The notes under the pieces: model-generated
Databases searched by the model: none
Told to the model about the DNA's origin: nothing
Seen by the model: only the letters and a program-made list of their open reading frames with translations
Source: Armatimonadota bacterium
Lineage (GTDB): Bacteria; Armatimonadota; HRBIN16
Length of the DNA: 64,000 nt
Reading direction: 5' to 3'
Assembly: GCA_963677485.1 (NCBI GenBank)
Contig: OY781964.1
Location: 3,776,001 to 3,840,000, forward strand
In this document: positions 18,476-27,569 of the stretch, in pieces
How positions within the stretch are numbered: the stretch's first letter is position 1
Layout: the number at the start of each line of letters is the position of its first letter
Translations under genes and position numbers: made by a program

Positions 18476-19354
18476 ATGAGTGTCACGCCTTTCCAATGCT
18501 CCAATGACATCATATCTGACACCGATGCTCTGACTCAACGTATGGCCATTCAAGGATATCTGTTTTTCCAAAAAATCGTCCCACCGGGTGTCGTTTCAGA
18601 GGCCTACCACCAAACGATGGATATCTTGCGTGATCTGGGTTGGGCAGACGAACATGGCCATATCATCACCGAGCCTTACCCCGAGGGCAAGCCGGAGTAT
18701 TTCCTGGCGTATGACCGGATACAGATGCTGGAGAGCTTTCATACCATGGCGCATCACCCGATTGTGCTTGATGTGGTCAGAAAGGTGGTGGGCGGTGACG
18801 TGCTGGTGCATCCGCGCAATATCGCGAGGGTCACACCACCTTACTGCCCGGAATACACCACCCCACCACACCAGGACTGGCCCCTGATTCAAGGCACCAA
18901 GCAGTTCTACACCGGATGGATTCCGTTGTGTGACTGTCCGGTAAGTTTGGGTGGTCTGGCTGTGCTGGAGGGCTCCCATACTTACGGCCTGCTGCCAGCC
19001 CGTCCGGCTCTGGGGCCAGGCGGTTTATCAGTGGCGTTGGAGCGTATACCCGAGGATCGGTGGCATCAACAAGATTTGCATGCCGGTGATATGCTGTTGT
19101 TCACCAGCTACACCATCCACAAAGGCATCCCAAATCACAGCGATGGCCAGTTCCGGGTATCTGTCGACTACCGTTACCAGAACTATGATTTGCCTGTGGT
19201 GGCCGATTCGCTGCTGCCACACTACGAGCGCACCAGTTGGGAGAAGATTTACGAGGGCTGGCACAACGACGATCTGAAATACTACTGGACGAAATTGAGC
19301 AAAGAGGTGCAGATCATAGACCGTGACCCTAGCCCAATTGAGATTCTGCAGTGA
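18476..19354 (+). CDS. Phytanoyl-CoA dioxygenase (PhyH) family Fe(II)/2OG enzyme
   Basis: PPHQDW (HxD), distal His in IHKG, RVSVDYR; AGGAG SD. Confidence 0.85.
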   Translation: MSVTPFQCSNDIISDTDALTQRMAIQGYLFFQKIVPPGVVSEAYHQTMDILRDLGWADEHGHIITEPYPEGKPEYFLAYDRIQMLESFHTMAHHPIVLDVVRKVVGGDVLVHPRNIARVTPPYCPEYTTPPHQDWPLIQGTKQFYTGWIPLCDCPVSLGGLAVLEGSHTYGLLPARPALGPGGLSVALERIPEDRWHQQDLHAGDMLLFTSYTIHKGIPNHSDGQFRVSVDYRYQNYDLPVVADSLLPHYERTSWEKIYEGWHNDDLKYYWTKLSKEVQIIDRDPSPIEILQ

Positions 19355-19378
19355 AAGATTCGTTCCTTAGGCCCGGTT

Positions 19379-19459
19379 TGTCCTACTCGTCCTACTCATC
19401 CTACAAGTCATATGACACAAGTAAATAAGACATGTAGGATAAGTAGGACAAGTAGGACA
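19379..19459. repeat. Inverted pair of tandem nonamer arrays
   Basis: TGTCCTACT/CGTCCTACT/CATCCTACA/AGTCATATG facing AATAAGACA/TGTAGGATA/AGTAGGACA/AGTAGGACA. Confidence 0.75.
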
Positions 19460-19483
19460 GTAAACGCGAATTTGGCAGCAGCC

Positions 19484-20188
19484 CTACAACCCCGGGTGCA
19501 GGTTGCGCCAGACGACCATGATGTCCATCAAACCGCTGATGAGTGCGTGGGCGGCGAAGCCAGGAAGGAAACTTTTGCCCCGGATAGCGATTAGGCCCAT
19601 GGCAATCCCGGCGACCAACGAGCCTGCCAACTCAGGCATCGGCTTGCCCCAGTGCATCCCCGCGAAGACCATTGCCTGCAGGATCACACCGGCATATCCG
19701 AAGGCCCGCCACGAGGCAAAGGTCAGCACCCCTCTGAAAAACAGCTCCCAACTGAACAGGTAGAGGCTGTATAACAGCAGATGATATCCCAGCGGCCACC
19801 CACCCGATGAGGCTGGCGCGTAGATGGGGTAGTATCCGCGGAAGTCGGGACGGGCACTGGCAAACCAGAGCACTGGCAACATACATAGGGTGAAGATGCC
19901 GTAGAATTTCCAACTCCATTGACTGCCTATCTGAAACCCGAACTCCCGCCCCCTCATACACAGTGGCAAGGCGATCAAAAGGGGGATCAACAGTATGGTG
20001 TGGCTGAACAGCAGAAACTGCTCATAGCGGCCTTCGCCATAGGGCAGCCGAGGCCACACGGGCAACCGGTTCTGGCTGTATAGAAAGAGCAGTCCCATCA
20101 ATGCCACACAGAGCAATGTCAACGTGATATCGGGCAAACGCTGCACGAGACTGCTCCGTTTAGAGCCCTGGTTATCTATGCTAAGCAT
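19484..20188 (-). CDS. CPBP (Abi/Rce1-like) intramembrane glutamic protease
   Basis: WELFFRG, FAGMH, HALIS motifs; multi-TM; start at Met16 of the ORF avoids overlap with the divergent gene. Confidence 0.8.
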   Translation of the reverse strand: MLSIDNQGSKRSSLVQRLPDITLTLLCVALMGLLFLYSQNRLPVWPRLPYGEGRYEQFLLFSHTILLIPLLIALPLCMRGREFGFQIGSQWSWKFYGIFTLCMLPVLWFASARPDFRGYYPIYAPASSGGWPLGYHLLLYSLYLFSWELFFRGVLTFASWRAFGYAGVILQAMVFAGMHWGKPMPELAGSLVAGIAMGLIAIRGKSFLPGFAAHALISGLMDIMVVWRNLHPGL

Positions 20189-20211
20189 GTGATTTTTCGT
20201 ATCATGTAAAT

Positions 20212-20910
20212 ATGAACTTCTCTGAATATCCATTTAGAGCGGAGCCCATTGCCGCACTCGATCGTGTGAGATTGGTGGAGAATGGCGAGCCGCTGGTTGA
20301 TGTGGCAGATTACTGCCCTAACATTATCATACACGAGCATTGTGTCCCGCTGGTGCGGCTGACCGTGGCGAATATGCTCCAACAAGCCGATGCCGCACTG
20401 CCTGATGGCCTGCATCTATGGCTCAAAACCGGGTTGCGCAGCCTTGAACGGCAGCGCAGATCGTGGGAAGGGCACTATGCTGATCTGAAACGGCGGAACC
20501 CGCAGTGGCCAGAACATACCCTTAGGCGGCAGACGAATAAGTTCTTAGCACCTCTAGATCACCCGGCACCTCCAGGTCACAGCACCGGTGGAGCAGTCGA
20601 TGTGTTTCTGATGCGGCCAGGCCATGTGGCTGTCGATATGGGCTTTGATCTGCACAATCTGAAATCCATCGCCACCACCTATCCGCATCCGAATCCAGAA
20701 GTTCGCGAAGCCCGAGAGCTGATGTTTGACGTGATGACCGATGCCGGCTTCAGCAACTGCCGTGATGAGTTTTGGCACTACAGCTACGGTGATTCCGGTT
20801 GGGCCGTGAGGCACGGTTTGGCCGAATGCTGCTACGGGCTTACCGACTTGGCGGAGCTGCCCGACGCTGAACTATACGCCATGATAACCAACCGAAATAC
20901 GCACCCATAA
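20212..20910 (+). CDS. M15 family D-Ala-D-Ala dipeptidase (VanX/DdpX-like)
   Basis: GHSTGGAVD and EFWHYS zinc motifs. Confidence 0.8.
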   Translation: MNFSEYPFRAEPIAALDRVRLVENGEPLVDVADYCPNIIIHEHCVPLVRLTVANMLQQADAALPDGLHLWLKTGLRSLERQRRSWEGHYADLKRRNPQWPEHTLRRQTNKFLAPLDHPAPPGHSTGGAVDVFLMRPGHVAVDMGFDLHNLKSIATTYPHPNPEVREARELMFDVMTDAGFSNCRDEFWHYSYGDSGWAVRHGLAECCYGLTDLAELPDAELYAMITNRNTHP

Positions 20911-21484
20911 GACCGCCCGCAAGCACATCGCTGGGGTAGTGTACCCCGCGGTAGATGCGTGAGAGCATCACGCCCAAAGCCAGTATCCAACTGCAGATGA
21001 CCAGGGTCTTGTTGGATCGTCCGAACAGCATCGTGATGGCCATGGCGATGGCGGCCGCGCTCCAGCTATGCCCTGATGGGAAGGAATGCGTCGTCAGATG
21101 CTCATCCGGTGCCACGAAGAAGGTGTCGGACAATGTGGATGGGCGCATCCGATGAAATATGTTTTTAGGGATTTGGACCAGCAGCCCTGAAGCCCACGCC
21201 CACAGCATCACATAGAGCCCGCGGTTGACATCAGCCATCGTAGTGCAGAGCGAACTCACGGCGGCTTGAGAGATGTCTGGCAGGACTCTGACGACTTTCT
21301 GTTGCCATAATGCACGCTCCCTCCAACCCAGCCATACCAGCAGGATCAGCACAATCTGGGTTTCGCCACGGCCGCACCAGCTTAGCAGCCAAGCTAAAGG
21401 CGTATATCCCCCAAAGGTACCCCAATGCCAGCCTGTATTGATGACATGAAACAGGTGTTCGTCGAGTTGTTGCAGTTTATCCAA
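20840..21484 (-). CDS. PAP2 family membrane phosphatase
   Basis: KNIFHRMRP, SFPSGH, SRIYRGVHYPSD; TTG start directly after the EpsI-like stop. Confidence 0.85.
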   Translation of the reverse strand: MDKLQQLDEHLFHVINTGWHWGTFGGYTPLAWLLSWCGRGETQIVLILLVWLGWRERALWQQKVVRVLPDISQAAVSSLCTTMADVNRGLYVMLWAWASGLLVQIPKNIFHRMRPSTLSDTFFVAPDEHLTTHSFPSGHSWSAAAIAMAITMLFGRSNKTLVICSWILALGVMLSRIYRGVHYPSDVLAGGLMGAYFGWLSWRIVQRRAAPPSR

Positions 21485-22078
21485 TTATAAATCCTGAAGT
21501 TGCGTGAACGTGTTGAGTATGATGTCCCAGCGCATATTGGGCTGTTTACTCGGTTGAAGCACCACCAGCACAGGCTCATCGCCGCTGTGGCCAAATGATA
21601 GGCGTCTCAGACTGGCTTCCCATAAGTACCGATTGGGCGACGACCAGTGGCTGGTTCCGTCCGAAAACCAGTAAAGTGCTTCGCTCCTCTCACTCCCTCG
21701 CTTCAGACCCACCAACTTTGCCATGCCGTTTGATAGGGGGTAGTCCGCCTGTCGTTCTACCTGCCATCCTCCGCCTCTGAGGCAAAATAGAGGGTCGTGG
21801 ACGGCATGACGGTTATTTGATCCATCAATCACGATGGCGACCATCAATTTATTGTGTACGGAATAGATGCGCTTTACCAACTGCGCTTTCCCGTAGACTT
21901 CTCTTTCAGTCTGCGTGATCGGTAACTCACGGCTTGCGAAGCCCATACCGGCCTTGGGCAGGCCGTTCAACCGTGCTGAGGCATCTGGTAGTTTCTGGAA
22001 CCGCCACGCTGCTGCGAGTATGACCGCGATGATCAAAAGTGGCCACAGAAGCCGATCTATTGCTTTACGAGAGGGCAT
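21485..22078 (-). CDS. Exosortase-associated EpsI-like protein
   Basis: N-terminal TM; HAVHDPLFCLRGGGW (HxPxxCxxxxGW) and YWF. Confidence 0.7.
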   Translation of the reverse strand: MPSRKAIDRLLWPLLIIAVILAAAWRFQKLPDASARLNGLPKAGMGFASRELPITQTEREVYGKAQLVKRIYSVHNKLMVAIVIDGSNNRHAVHDPLFCLRGGGWQVERQADYPLSNGMAKLVGLKRGSERSEALYWFSDGTSHWSSPNRYLWEASLRRLSFGHSGDEPVLVVLQPSKQPNMRWDIILNTFTQLQDL

Positions 22079-22553
22079 GTGTTTCGTCCTTTCGGAGGGA
22101 GAGTCTATAAATGATCGATATGCATATGATGGCGATGATCCAGCGAAAAAGTGTCACCTGGTTCAATTCCAGTAAGCCTTTGAGAATCTGGCTACAAGCT
22201 GGCAGCATGTAGATGGCGCCGAGAGCCCACACCACAGCCTGGCCAGTTTGTGGGAATAGCGCTGCGGCGAACATCACTAGTGAGATATGCCCCAATGCGT
22301 TGACATCCAGAAGCCAGGCGAGCAAAGACATTATCAAGCAGACTATCGCCAGCACCGCACTGACGGGCTTCGTTTTCTTCCGAAGCACTATGACCGCCAA
22401 CGTGGCTAACAGGGCGATCAGCGGGCCGCGTGTCGTGCGGTCGTATGGGGACCCGTTGTTACTGTAAATCGCCTCCCATAGTCCTAAGCCGCTCAGGAAA
22501 ATAAAGACACCGATGCACCAAATGGCCAATCGGGTGCTGAGGCGATCATCCAT
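22065..22553 (-). CDS. Membrane protein resembling a non-catalytic exosortase N-terminal half
   Basis: About 5 TM helices; overlaps both neighbours; no Cys/Arg/His triad seen. Confidence 0.55.
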   Translation of the reverse strand: MDDRLSTRLAIWCIGVFIFLSGLGLWEAIYSNNGSPYDRTTRGPLIALLATLAVIVLRKKTKPVSAVLAIVCLIMSLLAWLLDVNALGHISLVMFAAALFPQTGQAVVWALGAIYMLPACSQILKGLLELNQVTLFRWIIAIICISIIYRLSLRKDETHALS

Positions 22554-23361
22554 GTGAGCGTTCCTCACCCCGCTTGATCAGCCGGAAGCAGCCCCAGCTT
22601 AGCAAGAATGTCAGGAATACCACCAGGAATCCGCCGTAGTTGTGGAACCATCCAGCCGCCGCTTCACGTCCGAACGCAAGCCCCACACCCACTAGAAATA
22701 TGATGCGCAGTGTGTTGGCTAACCAACTGAACAACAACAACAGCGGGATACTCCACCAGTATCGGACCGACTTGCCCAGCACCAGAAAGGCCGCGGCTGT
22801 GCCGCCAATCATCATCGTCTGCAGGGTATGCATACCGGCGCAACTAGCGTCAATGATCCACGGTTGTCCACCTACTACCATATGCACGCCCTGTCGGCTG
22901 ACATCTACAGCGATCATCTGAAAGAACCCGCTGGCTACCGCTGCGCCAGAGAGCTGGAACCACCATCCCACAGGCTGCTGCAGGTCGATCGATACCCAGG
23001 GGAATGACATCAACACCATGGGCAGAAGCCGCCACGCGGTCGCGAGGGAGTGACTCTCCAGGTGCATACACAGCCAGGCATAAAACAGCAGGCACCAACC
23101 AATGCTCATGCAGGTTACCATCCCGACCTCTAACCCGCTGCCCAGGGACATCAGCAACACCCCCGCCACGATCATCCACCGTCGTGGCGGAGCGGGAGAC
23201 TTGCTGAGTTGCCATGGCCAGCCCATCCATATGGCGAGGGATAGTCCTACCATGACGGGTAATACATCACCAGCCATGGAGAGCCAACTTCGGTCCACGA
23301 CCCAGATTAATGCGGCCAGTATGGTGAGGACGGTCAGGATTAGGGCATCGACTAGCTTCAT
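22546..23361 (-). CDS. Exosortase/archaeosortase family transpeptidase
   Basis: DASCAG (Cys), NTLRI (Arg), WFHNY (His); about 8 TM. Confidence 0.85.
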   Translation of the reverse strand: MKLVDALILTVLTILAALIWVVDRSWLSMAGDVLPVMVGLSLAIWMGWPWQLSKSPAPPRRWMIVAGVLLMSLGSGLEVGMVTCMSIGWCLLFYAWLCMHLESHSLATAWRLLPMVLMSFPWVSIDLQQPVGWWFQLSGAAVASGFFQMIAVDVSRQGVHMVVGGQPWIIDASCAGMHTLQTMMIGGTAAAFLVLGKSVRYWWSIPLLLLFSWLANTLRIIFLVGVGLAFGREAAAGWFHNYGGFLVVFLTFLLSWGCFRLIKRGEERSHG

Positions 23362-25325
23362 CGCTTTCTGCGCGCCTCTTGTATGGCCTGAATGTTTTTG
23401 CGGAACTGCATCTCATCAGGAGCGGCCAGGATTAACTGGTTGGTAATCTGTTCGGCCCTGTCATATTGTTTGTTGTCATAGGCCAGTTTCGCTAGAAATA
23501 CCTTGGCTTCAATGGACTGAGATGCGATGGATGTGTATATCTTTTCGGCTTGCGTAATTTGTTTCCGAGCCAGGGCAGTTTTCGCTAGCACCTCTTTACC
23601 TGCTACACTTTGCAGAAGCTGCTGGTTTCTCAGCACGGTCTGCTCTGCGGCGGTAGTCTGGTGTGCTTCCAACTGGGCCAGGCTTAGCAGCCAGGCGGCT
23701 CGGTAGCCTATCGGCCCTGCCTTAGTCGAGTTTTTAGCCATGATCTTTATACCGGCGGGTACATCGCCCGTAGCCAGCAAGAGCTCTCCAATGAGCTGAG
23801 TAAGTTCCGGTGATTTGGGCTGTTTTTGCGCCCACTGTAAAGCGGCCTTATCCCCTTTGGTTTGCGCGATGGAATGGGTCATCGTATAGGCAGCCCAACT
23901 TGGGAAGCCAGTGGGGTAGACATCGGTGCGGTGCAAAATGTATGCTGCGTGACTCCACCCGCTGGCAGCTATAATCAGAGCAAAGACCTCGTTCGATTTG
24001 ACCAACATCTGGGTTTCTGGGGATGCTTTGGCCAACGGCTTACCCGCCAGTTTGTTGATACCCGCAATGAATGAATGGCTGGATGGCAAGCTACGTCCGG
24101 TGAACGTAGATGAACCGAACTGCCCGGTTTTCCGTGCGATGAGTACCGAATTGATGGCATTCAATGTCTCCGGCTGCCATGTACTAGACTTGAATGGCCA
24201 GTCTTTAATAAGCTCGATTGCCTCTGTATCATTGCCCTTAGCCAGCTCACTCAGAAGCCGCAGCCACGCGGTCTCTTGGCGCTCCTCAAGGTAGCGGCTA
24301 TATTCAGGAAGCTTACCGAAGGCCGCATCGTCCCAGAACACCTCTGGTTTCAGCGAGACCAGGTATTTCGCGAAGCTGTCGATCTCCCCTTCAGGGATAT
24401 CCCCAGTCGGAGCCTTCTCGGCTGATACGGCCACCTTACTCCAAAATGCCAGCTTTACCCACAGAAAATCTTGTGGACGTGTTTTAATGCCATTTGCCCA
24501 TGTTTGGACGGCCAGGGGGAAGCTGCCTTGTCGAATGTAGAACTCGGCAAGCTGATCAACCAACAGGGGGTTTTTCGGATCGGCCACAACCGCCGCTGCA
24601 TAGGATACGCGAGCGTCGCGTGTCTTACCAAGCCGCTCAAATATCTGTGCTCGGATGGTCAACACATCGGTATTCCGCGGGTCCAGTGCCGTGGCTTGCT
24701 GCACTGTTTGCCAGCTCTGCCATGGGTTGGTGGCCATCTGAAGCATGGCGATTCGCGTGAGGCGTGGTATGTCGGCCTTACCAGGGAAACTGCGACTCTT
24801 TAGCATATTCATAGCCTGGGGGCGATACCCTTTGCTTATCAAGTCGTCGACACGGATGCAGAACCAGCTTTCAGGTTGAGCCGAATGGCTCTCCCATATC
24901 TTTTGCAGGGAGGCCAACTGGGCTTGTGAACCCTGGATCATACTAAAAGCTCGAGCTACTAGAACACTAGCATCCTCGTTCGCCTCAATGACGGCCGGTT
25001 TCCGGTTATATATGTTGACTAGCCGGACGATATCGCGGTATTCCACCGCTGCACGCAGCTCCAATGCCAGCCACTTGGGGTCCAACTCTTTGCGGTTGTT
25101 GCTTGACTTACCACGTCTGCCAATCACGCGCAGAGCGATCTGGGGCTGGTTGGATTTCAGTGCTTGATCGGCTTCGTTATAAGCCTTCATATCGAGGGCT
25201 TTGGGGATAGCAAAACGGAGACCTACCACTACAACAACTAACAAAATGATGAAGGCTAGAACCTTTGGCCATATAGGCTTACGACGATTCTGATCCGGGT
25301 AACGTGCCATTGTTATTAACCTCAT
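23358..25325 (-). CDS. Membrane-anchored tetratricopeptide-repeat protein
   Basis: N-terminal TM; TPR-like ALDPRN and ADPKNP helices; 4-bp overlap with the exosortase gene. Confidence 0.75.
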   Translation of the reverse strand: MRLITMARYPDQNRRKPIWPKVLAFIILLVVVVVGLRFAIPKALDMKAYNEADQALKSNQPQIALRVIGRRGKSSNNRKELDPKWLALELRAAVEYRDIVRLVNIYNRKPAVIEANEDASVLVARAFSMIQGSQAQLASLQKIWESHSAQPESWFCIRVDDLISKGYRPQAMNMLKSRSFPGKADIPRLTRIAMLQMATNPWQSWQTVQQATALDPRNTDVLTIRAQIFERLGKTRDARVSYAAAVVADPKNPLLVDQLAEFYIRQGSFPLAVQTWANGIKTRPQDFLWVKLAFWSKVAVSAEKAPTGDIPEGEIDSFAKYLVSLKPEVFWDDAAFGKLPEYSRYLEERQETAWLRLLSELAKGNDTEAIELIKDWPFKSSTWQPETLNAINSVLIARKTGQFGSSTFTGRSLPSSHSFIAGINKLAGKPLAKASPETQMLVKSNEVFALIIAASGWSHAAYILHRTDVYPTGFPSWAAYTMTHSIAQTKGDKAALQWAQKQPKSPELTQLIGELLLATGDVPAGIKIMAKNSTKAGPIGYRAAWLLSLAQLEAHQTTAAEQTVLRNQQLLQSVAGKEVLAKTALARKQITQAEKIYTSIASQSIEAKVFLAKLAYDNKQYDRAEQITNQLILAAPDEMQFRKNIQAIQEARRKR

Positions 25326-25454
25326 GTATTAAGAGCTTCACATAAAATATACTTCATAATGACACTCAAGTGTGTGAATTTGGCATATGGTATGATGAAT
25401 AAGATGAATAAAGACGAACTACGCTACGACACCTTTTAGGAGTGGTAAATATCC

Positions 25455-26438
25455 ATGTCAGAACTTCGGTGGCATCCTTATCTCCGCGAGTGGGTCATCA
25501 CAGCAACCCACCGACAAAACAGAACGTTTCTACCTCCTAAAGAGTATTGTCCCCTCTGTCCCACCAAGGACGGCGGATTGGCTACAGAGATACCATATAC
25601 GGATTACGATATCGTCGCGTTTGACAACAGGTTCCCCTCAATGCAGTCACCAGCACCGGGGCCTGCTGTAGAGGCGTTCCCTTTATGTCCAGTCAAGCCG
25701 GCTGATGGCGTGTGTGAAGTGGTATTGTATACCAGCCGTCACGACGGTGAGATGGCCGATATACCCGTGCTGCAGATAGCTAAGCTGATAGAGGTGTGGG
25801 CCGATCGGTATGAGGAGCTAGGCTCTCTCCCGCAAAGCGAATATGTGTTGATATTCGAAAATAAGGGTGCCGAAATAGGTGTGACGATTGACCACCCACA
25901 TGGCCAGATATATGCTTACCCATTCATACCGCCTGTGCTTGCGCGCGAGGTGGATTCGTCGGTGCAGTATTTCGCTGAGAAACAGGGCTGCATGTTCTGT
26001 GATGTCACCGCGAATGAGCTGAAAGACGGCACGCGTGTTGTGGCTGAGAATGAGCATGTCGCTGCTTATATCCCGTTCTTCGCACGATTCCCGTATGAGA
26101 CGCATGTCGTGATGAAACGGCATATCTCTTCATTACTTGAGGCCACACCTGAAGAGCGATGGTCCTTGGCTGAGATGCTGCGGCAGATCACTGGCGCGCT
26201 GCGTGCTTTATGGGACATGTCTGTTCCATATATCATGCTGATGCATCAGGCCCCCACCAAAGGGGAGCACAGTGCATCAAGCCACCTGTATGTGCAGTTC
26301 TTGCCATTCAAAAGAACACCCCAAAAGTTGAAATACCTGGCAGGAAGTGAACAAGCTGGTTCATTTATCAACGACACTCTTGCCGAAGAGAAGGCTGCTG
26401 AACTTCGGACTGCGGCGGCAATCGTCCAAATCATATAA
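25455..26438 (+). CDS. galT: Galactose-1-phosphate uridylyltransferase
   Basis: ELRWHP, CPLCP, FENKG, HPHGQ active site. Confidence 0.93.
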   Translation: MSELRWHPYLREWVITATHRQNRTFLPPKEYCPLCPTKDGGLATEIPYTDYDIVAFDNRFPSMQSPAPGPAVEAFPLCPVKPADGVCEVVLYTSRHDGEMADIPVLQIAKLIEVWADRYEELGSLPQSEYVLIFENKGAEIGVTIDHPHGQIYAYPFIPPVLAREVDSSVQYFAEKQGCMFCDVTANELKDGTRVVAENEHVAAYIPFFARFPYETHVVMKRHISSLLEATPEERWSLAEMLRQITGALRALWDMSVPYIMLMHQAPTKGEHSASSHLYVQFLPFKRTPQKLKYLAGSEQAGSFINDTLAEEKAAELRTAAAIVQII

Positions 26439-26540
26439 GCGAGCGAACGCAGGGGTGAACACAAACACCCCTGATGACTTACAGAGGTGCCGGAGTGGAT
26501 CTGGTTATAAAGGGCCAGATGAGATACAGGTGGTATAGCA

Positions 26541-27569
26541 ATGCCTTCGCACCAATCGGATGAACAACAAGCCGAACCTAAGCTTTCAGTCGATGATCGG
26601 CTTGATGAACTCATGGAGATCATCAAGCAAGATCGGGAGATCGCGCCAGAAGCTATCTCCGAGAAGATGAATGTGTCGCTACGGACTGTATACCGCTACC
26701 TGCGAAAGTTACGGCAAAACGAGCTGCTGAAGACACGCTACTCCAGAAAACATAGAAAGCACTTTCTACAATCCAATGAGACCCTGCGCCCTATTCGGTT
26801 TACTCCTCAAGAAGCACTAGCCCTTGAGGCTGCCAGCAGCGGCGCTGAACGTCAAACCACGAGCAGGCTGACTGCCGCCCTCAACCAAGCCATGGCGAAA
26901 ATACACGAGGCGACCGATACTGAGCTCGATCTGGCGGCTGAGCAGGGGTTTGGCGAGTTCGGCGCGATCGATGAACACACACGCAGAAATATACCGGCAT
27001 ATCGTGACATCATACTAGCCCTCAGCCATGCCTACGATGATCGAAACAAAGTGCTGCTGCGCTACTGGCAGCTTGGGAACAGCCGCCCCGAGGAGATGGT
27101 GGTCCACCCGCTGCATATCGCCTTGAGCAAGGGGTTGTGGTATCTCATGGCGTTTTCGGAACGGCATGGTGAGACCCGTCTGTTTCAAATTGCTCTGATT
27201 GATCAGGCGGATGTCATGACTGATCGTTTCCGTAAACCAAGCAAGATGGATGCGTCTCTTCGATTTGACCGATGTATCGCAGAAGCCAAGAGCGGTGTTG
27301 GTCCGCAGGTGGTTCTGCGATTTAGTGCGAAGGTGGCTGATGTGGTGAAGCAGTTGACTGATGTTCGTCTTCATGTTGAGCAGGAGATGACAGACGGTTG
27401 TTTGATATGCAGCCTGGAGCCGTATGGTTCCGGCGAGATGATGCCGTGGATATTGGGCTGGGGTGTTGAGGTTGAGGTTCTGCAGCCTGATGGTTTCCGT
27501 CGTGACCTGGCACGCGTGGCAGCGACGCTTCTACGCCGATACAGCGCCGCGTTGAGTAACCAGCGATGA
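26541..27569 (+). CDS. HTH-WYL-WCX transcriptional regulator (YafY/PafC-like)
   Basis: HTH VSLRTVYRYL; GLWYLMAF..R...RLF; C-terminal WILGWG..VEVLQP. Confidence 0.88.
   Translation: MPSHQSDEQQAEPKLSVDDRLDELMEIIKQDREIAPEAISEKMNVSLRTVYRYLRKLRQNELLKTRYSRKHRKHFLQSNETLRPIRFTPQEALALEAASSGAERQTTSRLTAALNQAMAKIHEATDTELDLAAEQGFGEFGAIDEHTRRNIPAYRDIILALSHAYDDRNKVLLRYWQLGNSRPEEMVVHPLHIALSKGLWYLMAFSERHGETRLFQIALIDQADVMTDRFRKPSKMDASLRFDRCIAEAKSGVGPQVVLRFSAKVADVVKQLTDVRLHVEQEMTDGCLICSLEPYGSGEMMPWILGWGVEVEVLQPDGFRRDLARVAATLLRRYSAALSNQR

Noticed and set aside
20212-20910. Acquired vancomycin resistance cluster
   Set aside because: No vanA/vanH/vanRS nearby; a lone M15 dipeptidase is common housekeeping.
26450-26530. 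Hammerhead ribozyme (CTGATGA after a stem)
   Set aside because: No downstream stem II-GAAA core or stem III could be formed.
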